Source: Longimicrobiales bacterium
GTDB lineage: Bacteria; Gemmatimonadota; Gemmatimonadetes; Longimicrobiales; Gaopeijiaceae
Length of the DNA stretch: 64,000 nt
Assembly: GCA_965197725.1 (NCBI GenBank)
Contig: CBDANQ010000059.1
Location: 106,005-170,004, forward strand
Reading direction: 5' to 3'
Of this stretch, positions 10,981-21,989 are shown one piece after another (the first letter of the stretch is position 1; the number at the start of each line of letters is the position of its first letter). The position numbers were made by a program, and so were the translations under genes. The notes under the pieces are model-generated. The model made no database searches. It was given only the letters and a program-made list of their open reading frames with translations, and was not told where the DNA came from.

Positions 10981-11638
10981 CGTCCTGTTCCAATACTCGA
11001 TCGACCGGTCAAGCAGCTTCTCGGTAGTAATGGCTGGCATGTGCGGCAACCGCTCCGGCGCGGGCCCAATCCCACACTCCTTCAGAAGCCGCCGAACCGT
11101 CGATCGCGAAACCCTGTGGCCCAGCTTCGACAATTCACCAACGATCCGCGTGTAGCCCCAGCTCTCGTTCTCGCTCGCCATGCGTGCCGTGAGCGAGCGG
11201 ATCTCGGCAGCTACCGGTGGCCGACCGGGGCCACGAAGGGCGCTTCCGTCAAATTTCCGTGCGCTCAACTCCCTGTGCCATCGCAGAATCGTGTCCGGCG
11301 TCACGACACAGTCGAGATCCCTCAGCGCACTTCGCCCGAGTGCCCTCCCCTTCCTGGCGAGCCTCCTCCGCTGATCATCCGTGAACCGCAACCGTTTCTT
11401 GCCGTGCAGTTCACGCAGCACGCGGTTCTCTTCCGTCAGGTATGCACTAATGATTCGCTGCTGTTCGTTCATCCGACCAACAAGCGTCACCAGCAGCATC
11501 TGCCAAGGCGCGTTCAACGTCCCTCAACTCATCAGGTCCAAAAAAAGTTCAATGTCGACCGAGAATGACATGGCAGAGGTCAACCTAACCCCCTGTAAAC
11601 TCATCGTTTAACGATCGGCTGAGTTTTGGAACAGGACG
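10981..11638 (-). mobile_element. Internally deleted IS (integrase-core type transposase, N-terminal half only) with both terminal inverted repeats
   Basis: CGTCCTGTTCCAATACTCGATCGA / TCGGCTGAGTTTTGGAACAGGACG; ORF has VTPDTILRWHR, GPGRPP and WGYTRIVGEL but no DDE domain. Confidence 0.8.
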
Positions 11639-11757
11639 GGGTTAAACGCTCAACCTACCGCCGACGATCACCACGCCTTCCACGAAGACGCAAAGCCAGG
11701 GGATGTGAGGTTTCAATTTCCCATTCCGCTGGCGAAGCTCGCGAGGCGCGCCATCAA

Positions 11758-13131
11758 CTACAGCCCCCGTAGCCACAAAATCACGAACGCGCCGTAGAAG
11801 AGCGACGTGGCCACCAGGCACGCTCGCCGCCACGTTGGCGGCCGCAGGGCCTCGGGCAACAGTCGCGTATTGATGTAGAGCAGGTGCAGGGACGACACCA
11901 CGAAGACAATGCCCGCCATGTTCGCGCCCAACTGAAGGAGCACGATCGGCTGAGCGAGCCGTAGAGCGGTGATGCCCCAGAGCGTGATCGCGACCAGCAC
12001 GCTGTAGTAGACCACCCTGACGTCGCCACCCCTCCAAGCACGGACGCGCCTGCTCCCCGTCCAGAGTAGGTCCGTAACAGCCCGTGTCATGCCGTCGAGG
12101 ACATCGAGCTGCGTCTTGAACAACACCCAGACGGCCAACAGCGCGATGACGCCACCGTAGGCCGCCCCGGCCCGGGTTGCCATGGCGTCCGCCAGGGCGG
12201 CCGCCACCGACAGCCCTCGGATGTCGGTTCCGAACTCGATGAACGTGACGTAGAGCAGCGCAGGAAGCAGCATTCCGAGTATCGAGCCGACGAAGTATAT
12301 GCCCCACTGGTCGGCCCTCACGATGCGCCACCAACCGCGCCACCGCTGCATCGCCTCGGGAGTTACGGCGAAGGTGTATCCCGTATGGGCGAGCTCGACC
12401 TTCTTCCCGCCGACTACGGCCGGGATGTAGCCCACGAGGCTGCCCATGCCGTACCCCTTGTCCCGGGCCCAGTTGGACAGCGTGAGGTTCGTGACGCCGC
12501 CGGCACCGGAATAGGCCGCGAACGCTCCGATCAGGAAGTAGTCTGCACCGCTCGGCATCAGGCGGAAGCTCGTGGTGGCCGGGTCGTAGCCGACCAGTCC
12601 GGTGACCCCTGCGATCCACGTGTCGGGCGATACGAACATCACGGCCAGCACGAAGAAGCTGCCCAGGATGATCGCGACGAGGATCCAGTTCAGAATCTCG
12701 AGCGTGCGCTCGATACGTCTCCCGAACAGAAGGATCGCGACGCACACGACGAACGTGCCTACCCCGAGCCAGTACACCACGCTCGCGTGCTCCGGCCCCG
12801 CCAGATCCCGGGCGAAGAGGAAGAAGACCGCGCCCGCCGCGGCCCCGGCCCAGCCGGGCCACCCGAGCTGGAGAAAGTAGAGGCCGGCGTAGAACCACCC
12901 CCAGAAGGGGGCCGACGGCTTCGTGCGCATGAAGCCGATGCACACGGGCTCTCCGGTCGCGATCGTCCACCGCATCAGCTCGGTGTTCAGGACGGTCTGC
13001 AGGAAGGCCGCGACCAGCGTCACCCAGAGAAGGGTCAGGCCGTACTGCACGAACGCGGCCGGTCCGAGCAGGAACTCGCCACTCCCGATGGACGAACCCA
13101 GGACGATGACGCCCGGGCCTACCACCCCCAT
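11758..13131 (-). CDS. Nramp/APC-superfamily membrane transporter (true start probably ~13257, across a G-run indel)
   Basis: GPGVIVLGSSIGSGEFLLGP N-terminal motif and ~11 TM helices. Confidence 0.85.
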   Translation of the reverse strand: MGVVGPGVIVLGSSIGSGEFLLGPAAFVQYGLTLLWVTLVAAFLQTVLNTELMRWTIATGEPVCIGFMRTKPSAPFWGWFYAGLYFLQLGWPGWAGAAAGAVFFLFARDLAGPEHASVVYWLGVGTFVVCVAILLFGRRIERTLEILNWILVAIILGSFFVLAVMFVSPDTWIAGVTGLVGYDPATTSFRLMPSGADYFLIGAFAAYSGAGGVTNLTLSNWARDKGYGMGSLVGYIPAVVGGKKVELAHTGYTFAVTPEAMQRWRGWWRIVRADQWGIYFVGSILGMLLPALLYVTFIEFGTDIRGLSVAAALADAMATRAGAAYGGVIALLAVWVLFKTQLDVLDGMTRAVTDLLWTGSRRVRAWRGGDVRVVYYSVLVAITLWGITALRLAQPIVLLQLGANMAGIVFVVSSLHLLYINTRLLPEALRPPTWRRACLVATSLFYGAFVILWLRGL

Positions 13132-13298
13132 CCAGGCCAGGCCCTTCGGGCGAGGCGGGGCGGGAAGCTCCCCCTCCTGCCAGGGGTCGAGTCCCGAGCG
13201 GGCCTCGAGGGGGATCGAGACTTCAGTACCCCCGCTGTAGGTCGACCACGTTCAACATCCTCTCGCCCAGAACATACCGGCGGAGGTTCTCGCGGCAG

Positions 13299-13388
13299 GA
13301 CCTCGAGGCCGAAGATGCCCGAGAACCCCAGCGTTTCCTGGTCGTCGTGAACTGGTTCGAGGAGCTTCGGCAGCGGATGGGCAATTGA
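13299..13388 (+). pseudogene. C-terminal remnant of a Ser/Thr kinase-beta-propeller protein
   Basis: FLVVVNWFEELRQRMGN*, the characteristic terminal motif of that family, with no upstream body. Confidence 0.7.
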
Positions 13389-13412
13389 GCAGTGCCGTGA
13401 CGGGTGATCTCC

Positions 13413-15842
13413 TCACCTCACGAAGATCTCCATGATCTCCACCGGCACGGAGCTGCTGTTGTGGAACCCGTGTTGAGTGCCTGCCTCCATGAAATAGGGG
13501 TGCCAGGGTTGCACGTCCACGGACTGCCCTCCGTCCAGGTTCAGCTCCATCGGGCCCGAGATCGGAACGAACAAATGGAATTGGACCCCCGTGTGCGCGT
13601 GTATCACGCGTGTACCGCTGGGGTCCACGACGACGCGCAGGGCACGAACCTCAGGTTGATTGCGAAGCACGGCATTGCTGATTCCCACGTTGCCTTCGCT
13701 CGAGAGCGGGCGTAGTGGCGAGGAGCGATCGCCGATGATCGGCGGTGTCTGTGCCACCGGGGCCACGTCGGTTGGATTACCTAGCCGTCGAAGCACATCG
13801 CTCGCCTCGGCCTCGGCAATGATAGTCGCAGCATCCTCGGGAAGGAGATATCTCTCCGCAACCAGCTTCTCTGCCGCCGCCCGCACCGCAGCCATATATC
13901 CCGCATGATTCTTGTAACGCTCCTCGAGCGACAGGCGCGGATCGCCGGTTGCGAGCCGTTCCGCACGGGTCTTCGGGAACGGACTGATAATGCCTCGGTT
14001 GTCGCAGAAGCCGCCCTCCGAGTAGCCCGCCGCCCTTTCGTTGAAACCGGTATAGGTGGCGGTCGGCGCCAGCAACAGGTTGGACCGAATGCCTCCCAGA
14101 TCGTTACCGTCGGCGTCTACCTGCGGGACCAGGATCGGATACTCGCGAGAGATCCGGCGCGGCGGGTTTTCCGTGATGATGCCGGACACATCCTCGTGCC
14201 GGAAGTGGGGCCCGAAATCCAGGAGCTCGAACCGATTCACGAGCCCGGTATAGGTGATGCCCGGAATCGCCGGCCAGTCGACCTGCCCGAACGGCGAGTC
14301 GACCTGCGGAGAAACGAGCGTCCCATCGCGCAGCGTGGGCGTTTTGCTTGGGGGCGGCAGAATATTCTGCGTCACCCACTTGTGAAGCGCGTCGAAAGCG
14401 GCTCGCTGTGCATACCGCGAGTCATTGGGATTACCCGGGTACTTGCACTGCGGCGGCCCGCCACCGCTCCCGTGGGGCGTGCCCGCGACGAAGTACATGC
14501 GGACGTTCTCGGGCAACGGTAGATCCTTGGTCGCCAGTGCATCCGTCATGCTGGCGGACATCCGATGGTTGTAGAACTCGGATGACGTGAAGGTCGACAC
14601 GATTTTCGGGCAGGTATCCGACTTCATGCAGCGCGCGAGAATCCCACCCGTGCGACCCGTCAGAGGGTCGAATGTTGGCATCCAGGAAAGCGGGGCCTGA
14701 TAACGCGGAAATAGATGCTGCGTGTGCTCGAACGGGGCGCGGCCCGGCTGCCCAAACCGCACGCTGAGCGGCTGTACGCCGGCCGCTTTCCTCACATGCG
14801 CGCCGTCCGCCACCCGTCGTCCGTTTAGGTCCTCGTTGAAACCCAGGTGGATGAACGCCCGCAGGGCGGCCCCGGTTTGTGACGACCCCCAGATCTCGAC
14901 GTTCTGGATCTGCCCGGCGAGCGGGTTCCGCGTGCCGGAGCCATCCGCCGCCTCCCGCCGGAAGAACGCGAGGAGGTCGCGAATCGCGGCGTATCCCAGC
15001 CCGAGTACGGTCGGGTTCTTGGCCGTGTAGATCAGCTCGTAGATGTGGTTGGTATCGAAACCGTCCTTCGGACAGATCATCGTGGTGCTGGGACGGCCGG
15101 GGAAGGGTACGTCTCTGCAGTCGGCGAACGCCCAGTCGGAATTTGGGATGAGTTGCCGCGCGTCGCCCTCACGGACTCGCTTGGTTAGCGTCGCAGTAGT
15201 GTTGTCCAGACTCACGGTCTCGTAGGGCCTTGTTCCCCTGGTGTAGGGCGCCTCGCTCAACGGAAGAGACTTGGCTGGCTCAGACTGAACGTACTCGGTT
15301 CGCACCTCGCCCGTGATTTCCGAGCCGTCGGGGTTTCTTGCCACCGGAACGTCGATGCTCAGCCGCCCATTGGTGCGCAGTATGTCGCCTTGCCAGGCGC
15401 TCCATAGAATGGCAAACCCCCTCTTCTCGAGGAACCCATCGCCCGGGCCGGTCGGCTCGTTGCGGCCCTCAACGCCGATGTTCCATTGGCCTTTGTTGCC
15501 CCGGTTGATCACGTTGTGGACGAGCGTGTGGTTGCCCTTGCTCATATCGACCGGTTTGATCAAGTAAAAATCCGTCACATACTCGACCCGCCCGCGCGCG
15601 TTCTTCGGCGCGAGCTCGATGTCCTGGATTCCGGCGTTCAGCGGATGCGAGGGGTCCACCTCGCCAAACGCGCGGCCTACCAGCTTTTCGTATTGGCCGA
15701 CGTCGCCCAGTCTCTGCCCACCGTAGGTCGGAGACTCCACTCGATCGATCACGATCCGTGTAATCTGTGCCACCGCAACGACTGGCATCGCGAACAGAGC
15801 GGCCACTATCCAACAGATCAGTTTTGCTCGAATCGTTCGCAT
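13413..15842 (-). CDS. Secreted alpha/beta-hydrolase-domain protein with a C-terminal cupin domain
   Basis: Signal peptide; NRGNK; GLGYAAIRD; GSSQTG nucleophile elbow; VDADGNDLGGIR; DPRLSLEERY; then cupin HAH...H motifs; AGGAGG RBS. Confidence 0.85.
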   Translation of the reverse strand: MRTIRAKLICWIVAALFAMPVVAVAQITRIVIDRVESPTYGGQRLGDVGQYEKLVGRAFGEVDPSHPLNAGIQDIELAPKNARGRVEYVTDFYLIKPVDMSKGNHTLVHNVINRGNKGQWNIGVEGRNEPTGPGDGFLEKRGFAILWSAWQGDILRTNGRLSIDVPVARNPDGSEITGEVRTEYVQSEPAKSLPLSEAPYTRGTRPYETVSLDNTTATLTKRVREGDARQLIPNSDWAFADCRDVPFPGRPSTTMICPKDGFDTNHIYELIYTAKNPTVLGLGYAAIRDLLAFFRREAADGSGTRNPLAGQIQNVEIWGSSQTGAALRAFIHLGFNEDLNGRRVADGAHVRKAAGVQPLSVRFGQPGRAPFEHTQHLFPRYQAPLSWMPTFDPLTGRTGGILARCMKSDTCPKIVSTFTSSEFYNHRMSASMTDALATKDLPLPENVRMYFVAGTPHGSGGGPPQCKYPGNPNDSRYAQRAAFDALHKWVTQNILPPPSKTPTLRDGTLVSPQVDSPFGQVDWPAIPGITYTGLVNRFELLDFGPHFRHEDVSGIITENPPRRISREYPILVPQVDADGNDLGGIRSNLLLAPTATYTGFNERAAGYSEGGFCDNRGIISPFPKTRAERLATGDPRLSLEERYKNHAGYMAAVRAAAEKLVAERYLLPEDAATIIAEAEASDVLRRLGNPTDVAPVAQTPPIIGDRSSPLRPLSSEGNVGISNAVLRNQPEVRALRVVVDPSGTRVIHAHTGVQFHLFVPISGPMELNLDGGQSVDVQPWHPYFMEAGTQHGFHNSSSVPVEIMEIFVR

Positions 15843-16063
15843 CGGATTGCCTCCTAAAGTAGTGTCCGGTTACGCGATCGGTGTCTCCTCGCAAATCATA
15901 GTAGGACATGATTCCTGCACCACAACCCAGAGAGCAACACGCCTGGGCACGCAGGATCAGGGCAACGAGGGTTGAGGGTGTGTACAGCGCCTGTCGGCCC
16001 GCCGGGTGTGGACCGAAGCGTACGAAACGGCCTATGAAACCTGGGAAAACAGCCCTTCAGTGA

Positions 16064-16091
16064 CTCGCCTATGATCATTATTATGTTACCT
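16064..16091 (+). other. dif-like (XerCD) site candidate
   Basis: CTCGCCTATGA-TCATTA-TTATGTTACCT fits the 11-6-11 layout with a XerD-like arm TTATGTTA. Confidence 0.45.
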
Positions 16092-16300
16092 TGAACCCCG
16101 AAGAGAACCCGCTCCCCTTTGGAAATGCCATCCCTAGGACGGCGGGTCCGCCGGCTGTGTCGCACTGGGATGCTGCGATTGCCGAGTGTCAGAATACCTG
16201 GTAGTATGCGCCTTCAGAGGCTATCCACCGGGCTCGAACACTACGTGGAACAAACGCAGAATGGGGAACTCGGCAGCAAGGGGAGCCCGATCGCCGTGAC

Positions 16301-17757
16301 GAAGGTGTCCCCGGCTCAGTTGAAGGTGGTGACTCCGAGGCTTTCGTGATTAACCTGCCATCTTCATTTCGGCAACCGGCTCGCGGTCATCGAGGTGAGC
16401 TTTGAGCATCCAGAGTTGGTCGAAGCCGACGATGCGTCGGTAGTTCTTCTCGGTCTCGACGAAGGAGGCAGCGGCCCATCTCAGTGCCATCGCTCCGTTC
16501 TTCCAGTTCGTCACCCTATAGGTCTTCTGCCTCACGCCTGCGTGGGTGCTGTCGATCAGGTTCGTGGTGCCGAGGCACTTCCTCAGCCGAGGCGGTAGCC
16601 CAAGCCGGTTGATTGTGAACATCTCACCCAGCCCCTCCCTCAGGCTCGCTGCGGCCGACGGCTGATCTCGTTCAAGCCACCGCGCGAGCTGCTCGAGTTT
16701 CTGCACGCCGTCCCTCGCATCGAGCTTCCATGCTGCGCGGATCGCGGCCTTCACCTGCGGGTGCTGATCCTTCGGTAGGTGAGCGAGCACGTTTCTGAGC
16801 TTGTGATTTCGGCATCTCTGGACCGAGTGGCCCGCGCCGAACACCTGAACAATCGCCTTCCGTAACGCCTTCGAGCCATCGATCACGAACAGGCGTCGAC
16901 GCTCGGGGTCCAGACCCCGCTCGACCAGATCCTGCAGCAGGGCCGTCGTCACTTCGGTGTTCTCACTCGCTCCCTGCCGCATCCCCAGCACGTGCTTCTT
17001 GCCGTCCGTGTCCACGCCCACAGCCGCAAGTACATGGTGCGCACCGAGTTGGATACCGTCCAGGTAGATCACCAACAGATCCCATGCGTCCAGCCGCCGC
17101 TCCATCAGCTCCTTCAGCACGCGCTCCGACGCTTCGATCGTCTCGCGGCTCACCGACGACTTGCTCACCCCCACCGTGTCGGCCATCTCGCCGATCACCT
17201 GGCCGTATTTCCGGGTGCTCACACCTGCCATCAGGATCTCCAACATTCGGTCCGCCATGGCGCCCGGCCTGCGCATCGCCTCGTACGCTGGCACCTCGAC
17301 CTCGCCGCCCTGGCCGCCAGTCCGCTCACGCAGCCGAGGCCGCTGGATACGGACCTTTCGGTCCGACAGGTAGACCTGACCGCCCTGGCGGCCGTACCAG
17401 ACCGTCGCCCCCTCCTCGCGTGCCTTGCCCGATTGCTTCGGGCCCGCCACACCTTCGGCGCTCATCTCGAGTACCGCCTCGATCGTCGCTCGGCCCATCA
17501 CCTGGACGACTTCGTCGATCGCGAGCTCCGTGTGCTCTACGAGCTCGACCATCGGCAGCAGGAACTGGCCTTCTCGCTTCACGAACTCAGCCATCGCACG
17601 CCTGTCCGTGTCACTCGCTACTTCGTACGTTCTCTTCATCGTGGTGGCTCCGTTTTTGGGTTTTTAGCGCACCCGATCCTATCGGATCGGGCACCCTCGG
17701 AGCCACCACTTTTCTTTTCCCTCTTCAGGGACCTTCAACTACGGCTGGGTCAGCTTC
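16301..17757 (-). mobile_element. IS256-family element (transposase 16350-17639)
   Basis: GVSTRK, YLDG, VIDG..L, QRC..HK, TTN.I motifs; inverted repeats GAAGGTGTCCCCGGCTCAGTTGAAGG / GAAGCTGACCCAGCCGTAGTTGAAGG; 8-bp flanks GCCGTGAC/GACGTGAC. Confidence 0.96.
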
Positions 17758-17920
17758 GACGTGACCACGTAGCCCCATTCGACCACTTAGACCTATCTGA
17801 ATCGCGAAACCCTGCTCTCAGAATGCCGGGAGACACCGTGGAAGCGAAAAGGGCAACGACTTAGGAGGCGGGGGCCAATGGAAGAGAAACAAAGAGGCGG
17901 GGCCAAGCAAACAGAAACGC

Positions 17921-18361
17921 GTGCAGGATCCGAAGGCCCATGCCGGCGCCGTCGCAACGGCCAACTTGGTGGCGGTTTGGGCGAGACTATTCGATCGCAA
18001 TCCAGGGGCGGTCGCAGTCATCCATTCCCAGATCGATGAGCGAATGAAGGGAAGAAGGCTCCCCGCGGGTGACGGGGAGCTATTGGCTCTGATCGCCGAG
18101 CTCCTGCCGGCTCTTCAGGAGTCCGAGGAAGTCCAAAAGGCACTTAAGAAGCTGGATTCTGACTATCATGTGCTCGCCGGCACCGACCCAGGGTCGCTGG
18201 AACGACGTCCGGAGGAGGAGAGGATCGTCGGCGACCCCCAGTTCCATCGCGTTGGTGCGGCCATCGCAATAGGTGGTACGGCGGGGGTGGTGCTCATGCT
18301 AGCGCTCGGCGGCTACCTTCTGTACAGGGAGTTCAAGGAATCCTACGGTGACTCGGGCTGA
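17921..18361 (+). CDS. Hypothetical protein with a C-terminal Gly-rich TM helix
   Basis: Open frame; helical acidic body then VGAAIAIGGTAGVVLMLALGGYLLY; start uncertain. Confidence 0.6.
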   Translation: MQDPKAHAGAVATANLVAVWARLFDRNPGAVAVIHSQIDERMKGRRLPAGDGELLALIAELLPALQESEEVQKALKKLDSDYHVLAGTDPGSLERRPEEERIVGDPQFHRVGAAIAIGGTAGVVLMLALGGYLLYREFKESYGDSG

Positions 18362-18368
18362 CCCCTCG

Positions 18369-18962
18369 CTATCGCATCTCCACTGCGGGGCGGAGGTACC
18401 GAACCGCCTCATCGCTGAAACGTAGCGGCAGTTTGGAGTAGTACGTCGTGTCACCCACGCGACGCGAATACTCGATACTGAAGTGTCCGGCGAGACGATA
18501 GTCACGAATCCGACCTTCCAGAACGTCGCGTTGGCGATTCGGTGAAAGCAGTTTCGTCGTGGTCACGATCGAGTCGGCGGGAAGATCGACGATCTCGAGG
18601 GTAGGTCCGGCCTCCCTGAAGCACGGGTCGACGACGCAAATCGGAACCATCGTCTCGAGACCATAGAGCCGGCAGAACCACAGAGCGTCCTCGATGGTTC
18701 GGTCGCGTGGCCGCTCCGGGCCTCGGGGCGAAAGGACCACATCGACATCTGACGTCTCGCGGTTGGCTTCAAGCCGCGATCCGACCAGCCAGATCCTGAA
18801 ACCCGCAAGCTCACGTGCCTCTCGAAACTTCTCGAGCATCTGCCGCACAGCGGTGTCGGTAACTGCGGTGGCACCGCGCGCGCGGGGCCCGAACAAGATC
18901 TGGTTCATCCGGCGAATCTCCAGCGTCATCGGGACGCCGTCGACAACGGAGTCCATATTCAT
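18369..18962 (-). CDS. Putative Pol-beta-superfamily nucleotidyltransferase-domain protein
   Basis: IWLVGS-x9-DVDVVL matches hG[GS]x9-13DhDh; possible third Asp in VVDPCF. Confidence 0.6.
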   Translation of the reverse strand: MNMDSVVDGVPMTLEIRRMNQILFGPRARGATAVTDTAVRQMLEKFREARELAGFRIWLVGSRLEANRETSDVDVVLSPRGPERPRDRTIEDALWFCRLYGLETMVPICVVDPCFREAGPTLEIVDLPADSIVTTTKLLSPNRQRDVLEGRIRDYRLAGHFSIEYSRRVGDTTYYSKLPLRFSDEAVRYLRPAVEMR

Positions 18963-18994
18963 CCGGAGAGAGCACCGGGGCCCGCCAGCCACCG

Positions 18995-19024
18995 TTGACA
19001 GGCAATCAATGCCTCGGCTAGCTT
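18995..19024 (+). promoter_or_regulatory. Sigma70-type promoter for a candidate sRNA
   Basis: TTGACA-N18-TAGCTT. Confidence 0.55.
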
Positions 19025-19030
19025 CGAACT

Positions 19031-19105
19031 GTGGTATTGAGGCGGCCAGCGCGTCGTTCTCAAAGTTCGGGGTGCGGGCTGATCTCCCGCCCCCCGCTTT
19101 TTTTT
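19031..19105 (+). ncRNA. Candidate ~75 nt small RNA
   Basis: Bounded by the promoter above and an intrinsic terminator; no ORF. Confidence 0.45.
19068..19105 (+). terminator. Rho-independent terminator
   Basis: CGGGGTGCGGG-ctgatct-CCCGCCCCCCG hairpin followed by T8. Confidence 0.75.
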
Positions 19106-19266
19106 GCCCATGGCTCATCGCCTTCCCTCACCGCACCTCACATCGATCTCGGCAGACGACCCCAGATCGTGTCGAAATCAGCGAGGAAAAGGCCGGCCAA
19201 TTTGGGGTTCTCCCTGACGAGAATGCGCTGCTCGGAATGTCGGGCGGTCGCATCCACGGACATGTT

Positions 19267-20537
19267 TGACCTGCCCCCAAGAGCGGGTACCACATCCTAT
19301 GTTAGTCCCAGCACCTGTGGAGGGCCGTGAAGGACGGGCATCCTCAAGAACCAGGGCGACGGCTTAATCGCCTCAGGGGCCGGGGGAAAGCCGCCGCAGG
19401 CGCTGTGGGGTCGGACGGTATTGTACTCGCGCCTCCATTGCTCGACCAGCACGGCCGCCTCCGCCAACGAGTAGAAGATCTCCCCGTTCAACAGCTCGTC
19501 CCTGAGCTTGCCGTTGAAGCTCTCGTTGTAGCCGTTCTCCCACGGGCTGCCCGGCTCGATAAAGAGCGTCTCGACGCCCACGCGCCCCAACCACCGCCGC
19601 ACGAGCTTCGCGCTGAACTCCGCTCCGTTGTCCGACCTCAGATACTCGGGAGGCCCGTGTCGGACGAACAGATCGGCCAGCACCTCGAGCACGTCGTGCG
19701 AGCGGATCTTGCGAGCCACCACGATCGCCAGGCACTCCCTCGTGTGCTCGTCCAGCACTGTCAGCAGCTTCAGCGCACGCCCGTCGTGCGTCCTCGAGGC
19801 CACGAAGTCGTACGACCAGACGTGGCCCCGATACAGCGGCCTCAGCCGGATGCACGATCCGTCGTTGAGCCACAGCCGACCTCGCTTCGGCTGCCGCTGC
19901 GGGACCTTCAGCCCCTCCTGCCTCCAGATCCGCTCCACCCGCTTGTGGTGCACCCCCCAGCCCTCGATGCGGAGCATGTCCGTGACGCGTCGGTAGCCGT
20001 AGCGGCCGAATCGACTCGCGAGTCGCACGATATCACCTCGGAGCGCCCCCTCGTCACTCGCCACTTTCCTCGCCCGGCGCTGGGTCGTGCGTGGCTGCCC
20101 GAGCACCCGGCACGCTCTCCTCTCCGACGCCCCGAGCTGCTGACGTACACGCACCACACAACGTCGTCGGCGCTCGGGGCTCAGAAGTTTCCCTCGGCTG
20201 CTTCCTCCAGGATCAGCTTGTCCAGTGTCAAGTCCGCCACTGCTCGCTTCAGGCGCCCGTTCTCGCGCTCGAGCTCCTTCAGGCGCCGTGCCTGGCTCAC
20301 CTTCATCCCGCCGTACTCCCGCCTCCACCGGTAGTACGTCTGCTCGGTGATGCCGAGCTCCCGGCTGATCAGCTTCACGGATTTGCCGCGGGCCAGACCG
20401 ACCTCTGCCTCCCGCAGTGCAGTGATGATCTGCTCCGGAGTGGGTCGCTTCCTTCCCATCCTGACCTCCTCGCTGAAAAGCTTCAGACCAGCTCGATCCT
20501 AACATTGCACCTGGTCTCGTTTCAGCGGGTCAGGTCA
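19267..20537 (-). mobile_element. IS3-family element, copy A2 (orfA 20181-20459; orfB ends 19297), apparently intact
   Basis: Near-identical to A1 in reverse orientation; same inverted repeats. Confidence 0.97.
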
Positions 20538-21064
20538 TCGGCGGTCCTCCCACTCACGTCGCTGCGCAGGACGTTTCACCACTCCTCGTTGGTGAGCGAG
20601 TACGTGCCCGCACTCTCGAAGGTGCCACGCACGATGGCCTCGTGCGCACGATTGACGCGACCGAGTTGGGGCTCCAGATCGGCCAGGACGGGGGCGAACT
20701 GCTTCTTCTCCCGCTCACGTCACTCGAAACGCTCGAAGTGCACGGACGGACAAGTGCAGTGTGGAAGGGTGCCCGCATCGGAGCCTTGGTCGGCGGAGGT
20801 CTGGGAGCGATAGTCGCGGGGGTAATCATCGGTGAGGGTTGTGAAATCTCAACCAATTTCAGCACGGGTCAGCTCAGTTTTCCACATGACGAATCGTGCG
20901 AGGGCGAGGAGGTGGTCGTCCTTGTCGTCGGAGCCGCGATAGTGGCCCTCGCCTTTGGGGTCGTCGGTGCGGTCGTCGGGGCTCCGTTCAGGACCGACAA
21001 GTGGGAAGAGCTGCCCCTGTCACCCCGACCGGACGTGCGGCTGAGGCGAAGCGGGCGACTTTGA
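20538..21064 (+). pseudogene. Hypothetical membrane protein, 5'-truncated by IS3
   Basis: Frame with KGARIGALVGGGLG and a second TM; begins at the IS boundary. Confidence 0.55.
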
Positions 21065-21147
21065 ATGGTCCGTATCGCTCGCTGTTGGGCACTAGCACCG
21101 GGGATCTCGAAGTGAATAAGCCTGCCACACTACACCGCTACCGCCCG

Positions 21148-21525
21148 ATGGTCCTCCTGATGCTGGTACTGCATCTCGCTGGATGTCACTCATGGCGCAC
21201 CACGACGATCAGTCCAGCACAGCTCATTGCTGACGAGCAGCCGTCCACTGTGCGGGTCACGCTGACGGACGGCACGCAGGTGCGCCTGGATGGTCCGACT
21301 ATCCGCAACGACTCCATCGTCGGAACAGCAGCGGTCCGTTCACCGGTGGTGATCTCTGATGTCAGCACCCTCGAAGTCCGGCACTTCAGTGTAGGGAAAA
21401 CAATTGGGGCGTCTTTTGGGGGTTGGTGGGCATTGCCGTTGCCGCTGCCGCGATCTGCCTCACATATGACGATTGCGGGCCCCAAAATTGAAGGCTCAGA
21501 TCCCCTGGCTTCGCGTCTTCGTTGA
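21148..21525 (+). CDS. Hypothetical lipoprotein (3' end possibly frameshifted)
   Basis: MVLLMLVLHLAGC lipobox followed by HSWR...VRVTLTDG. Confidence 0.6.
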   Translation: MVLLMLVLHLAGCHSWRTTTISPAQLIADEQPSTVRVTLTDGTQVRLDGPTIRNDSIVGTAAVRSPVVISDVSTLEVRHFSVGKTIGASFGGWWALPLPLPRSASHMTIAGPKIEGSDPLASRLR

Positions 21526-21989
21526 AGGCGTGGTGATCGGCCAGCCTCCCACGCGTACCCGGCCTCTTCTGCCTGAGGAACATCGCGTCCGCTCTAGGTA
21601 GCGCGTGTAAGCTGCACTTTTGTCCGGCCCTGTGGTGTGGGAGCGAGCCGGAGACCTTCCCAAGCGCCGCAGGCGCGCCAGCCCTCACGTGGAGGGGGAC
21701 ATATGGGACCCGTGGGGCGTGCATTGATACCGATCCCGCCCCGGTTTCGCTTGACTGCCCCCCGAGCTTGCGGATGAGTACCGGAAAGAGGAAGAAGCGG
21801 TAGCCTGCCGGGCCTGACACCACATCGGCCCGCCCTCGCGGAGATTGCCTCCGCACGCTCGCACCACTAAAGGACTGTTAATTAGGACGGCTTCCATTCG
21901 AGAGTCGGCCCTACCGGCGTGTGCCTTCGAGCCCGCCGCGCTCGCCTCCCCCGGTCTTCTACCCCACCCACTTTGAAGGAGGAAGACCT

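Noticed and set aside
9581..20537. Composite transposon bounded by inverted IS3 copies A1 and A2
   Set aside because: The outer flanks (CTT / TCG) show no target duplication, so there is no evidence it moved as a unit.
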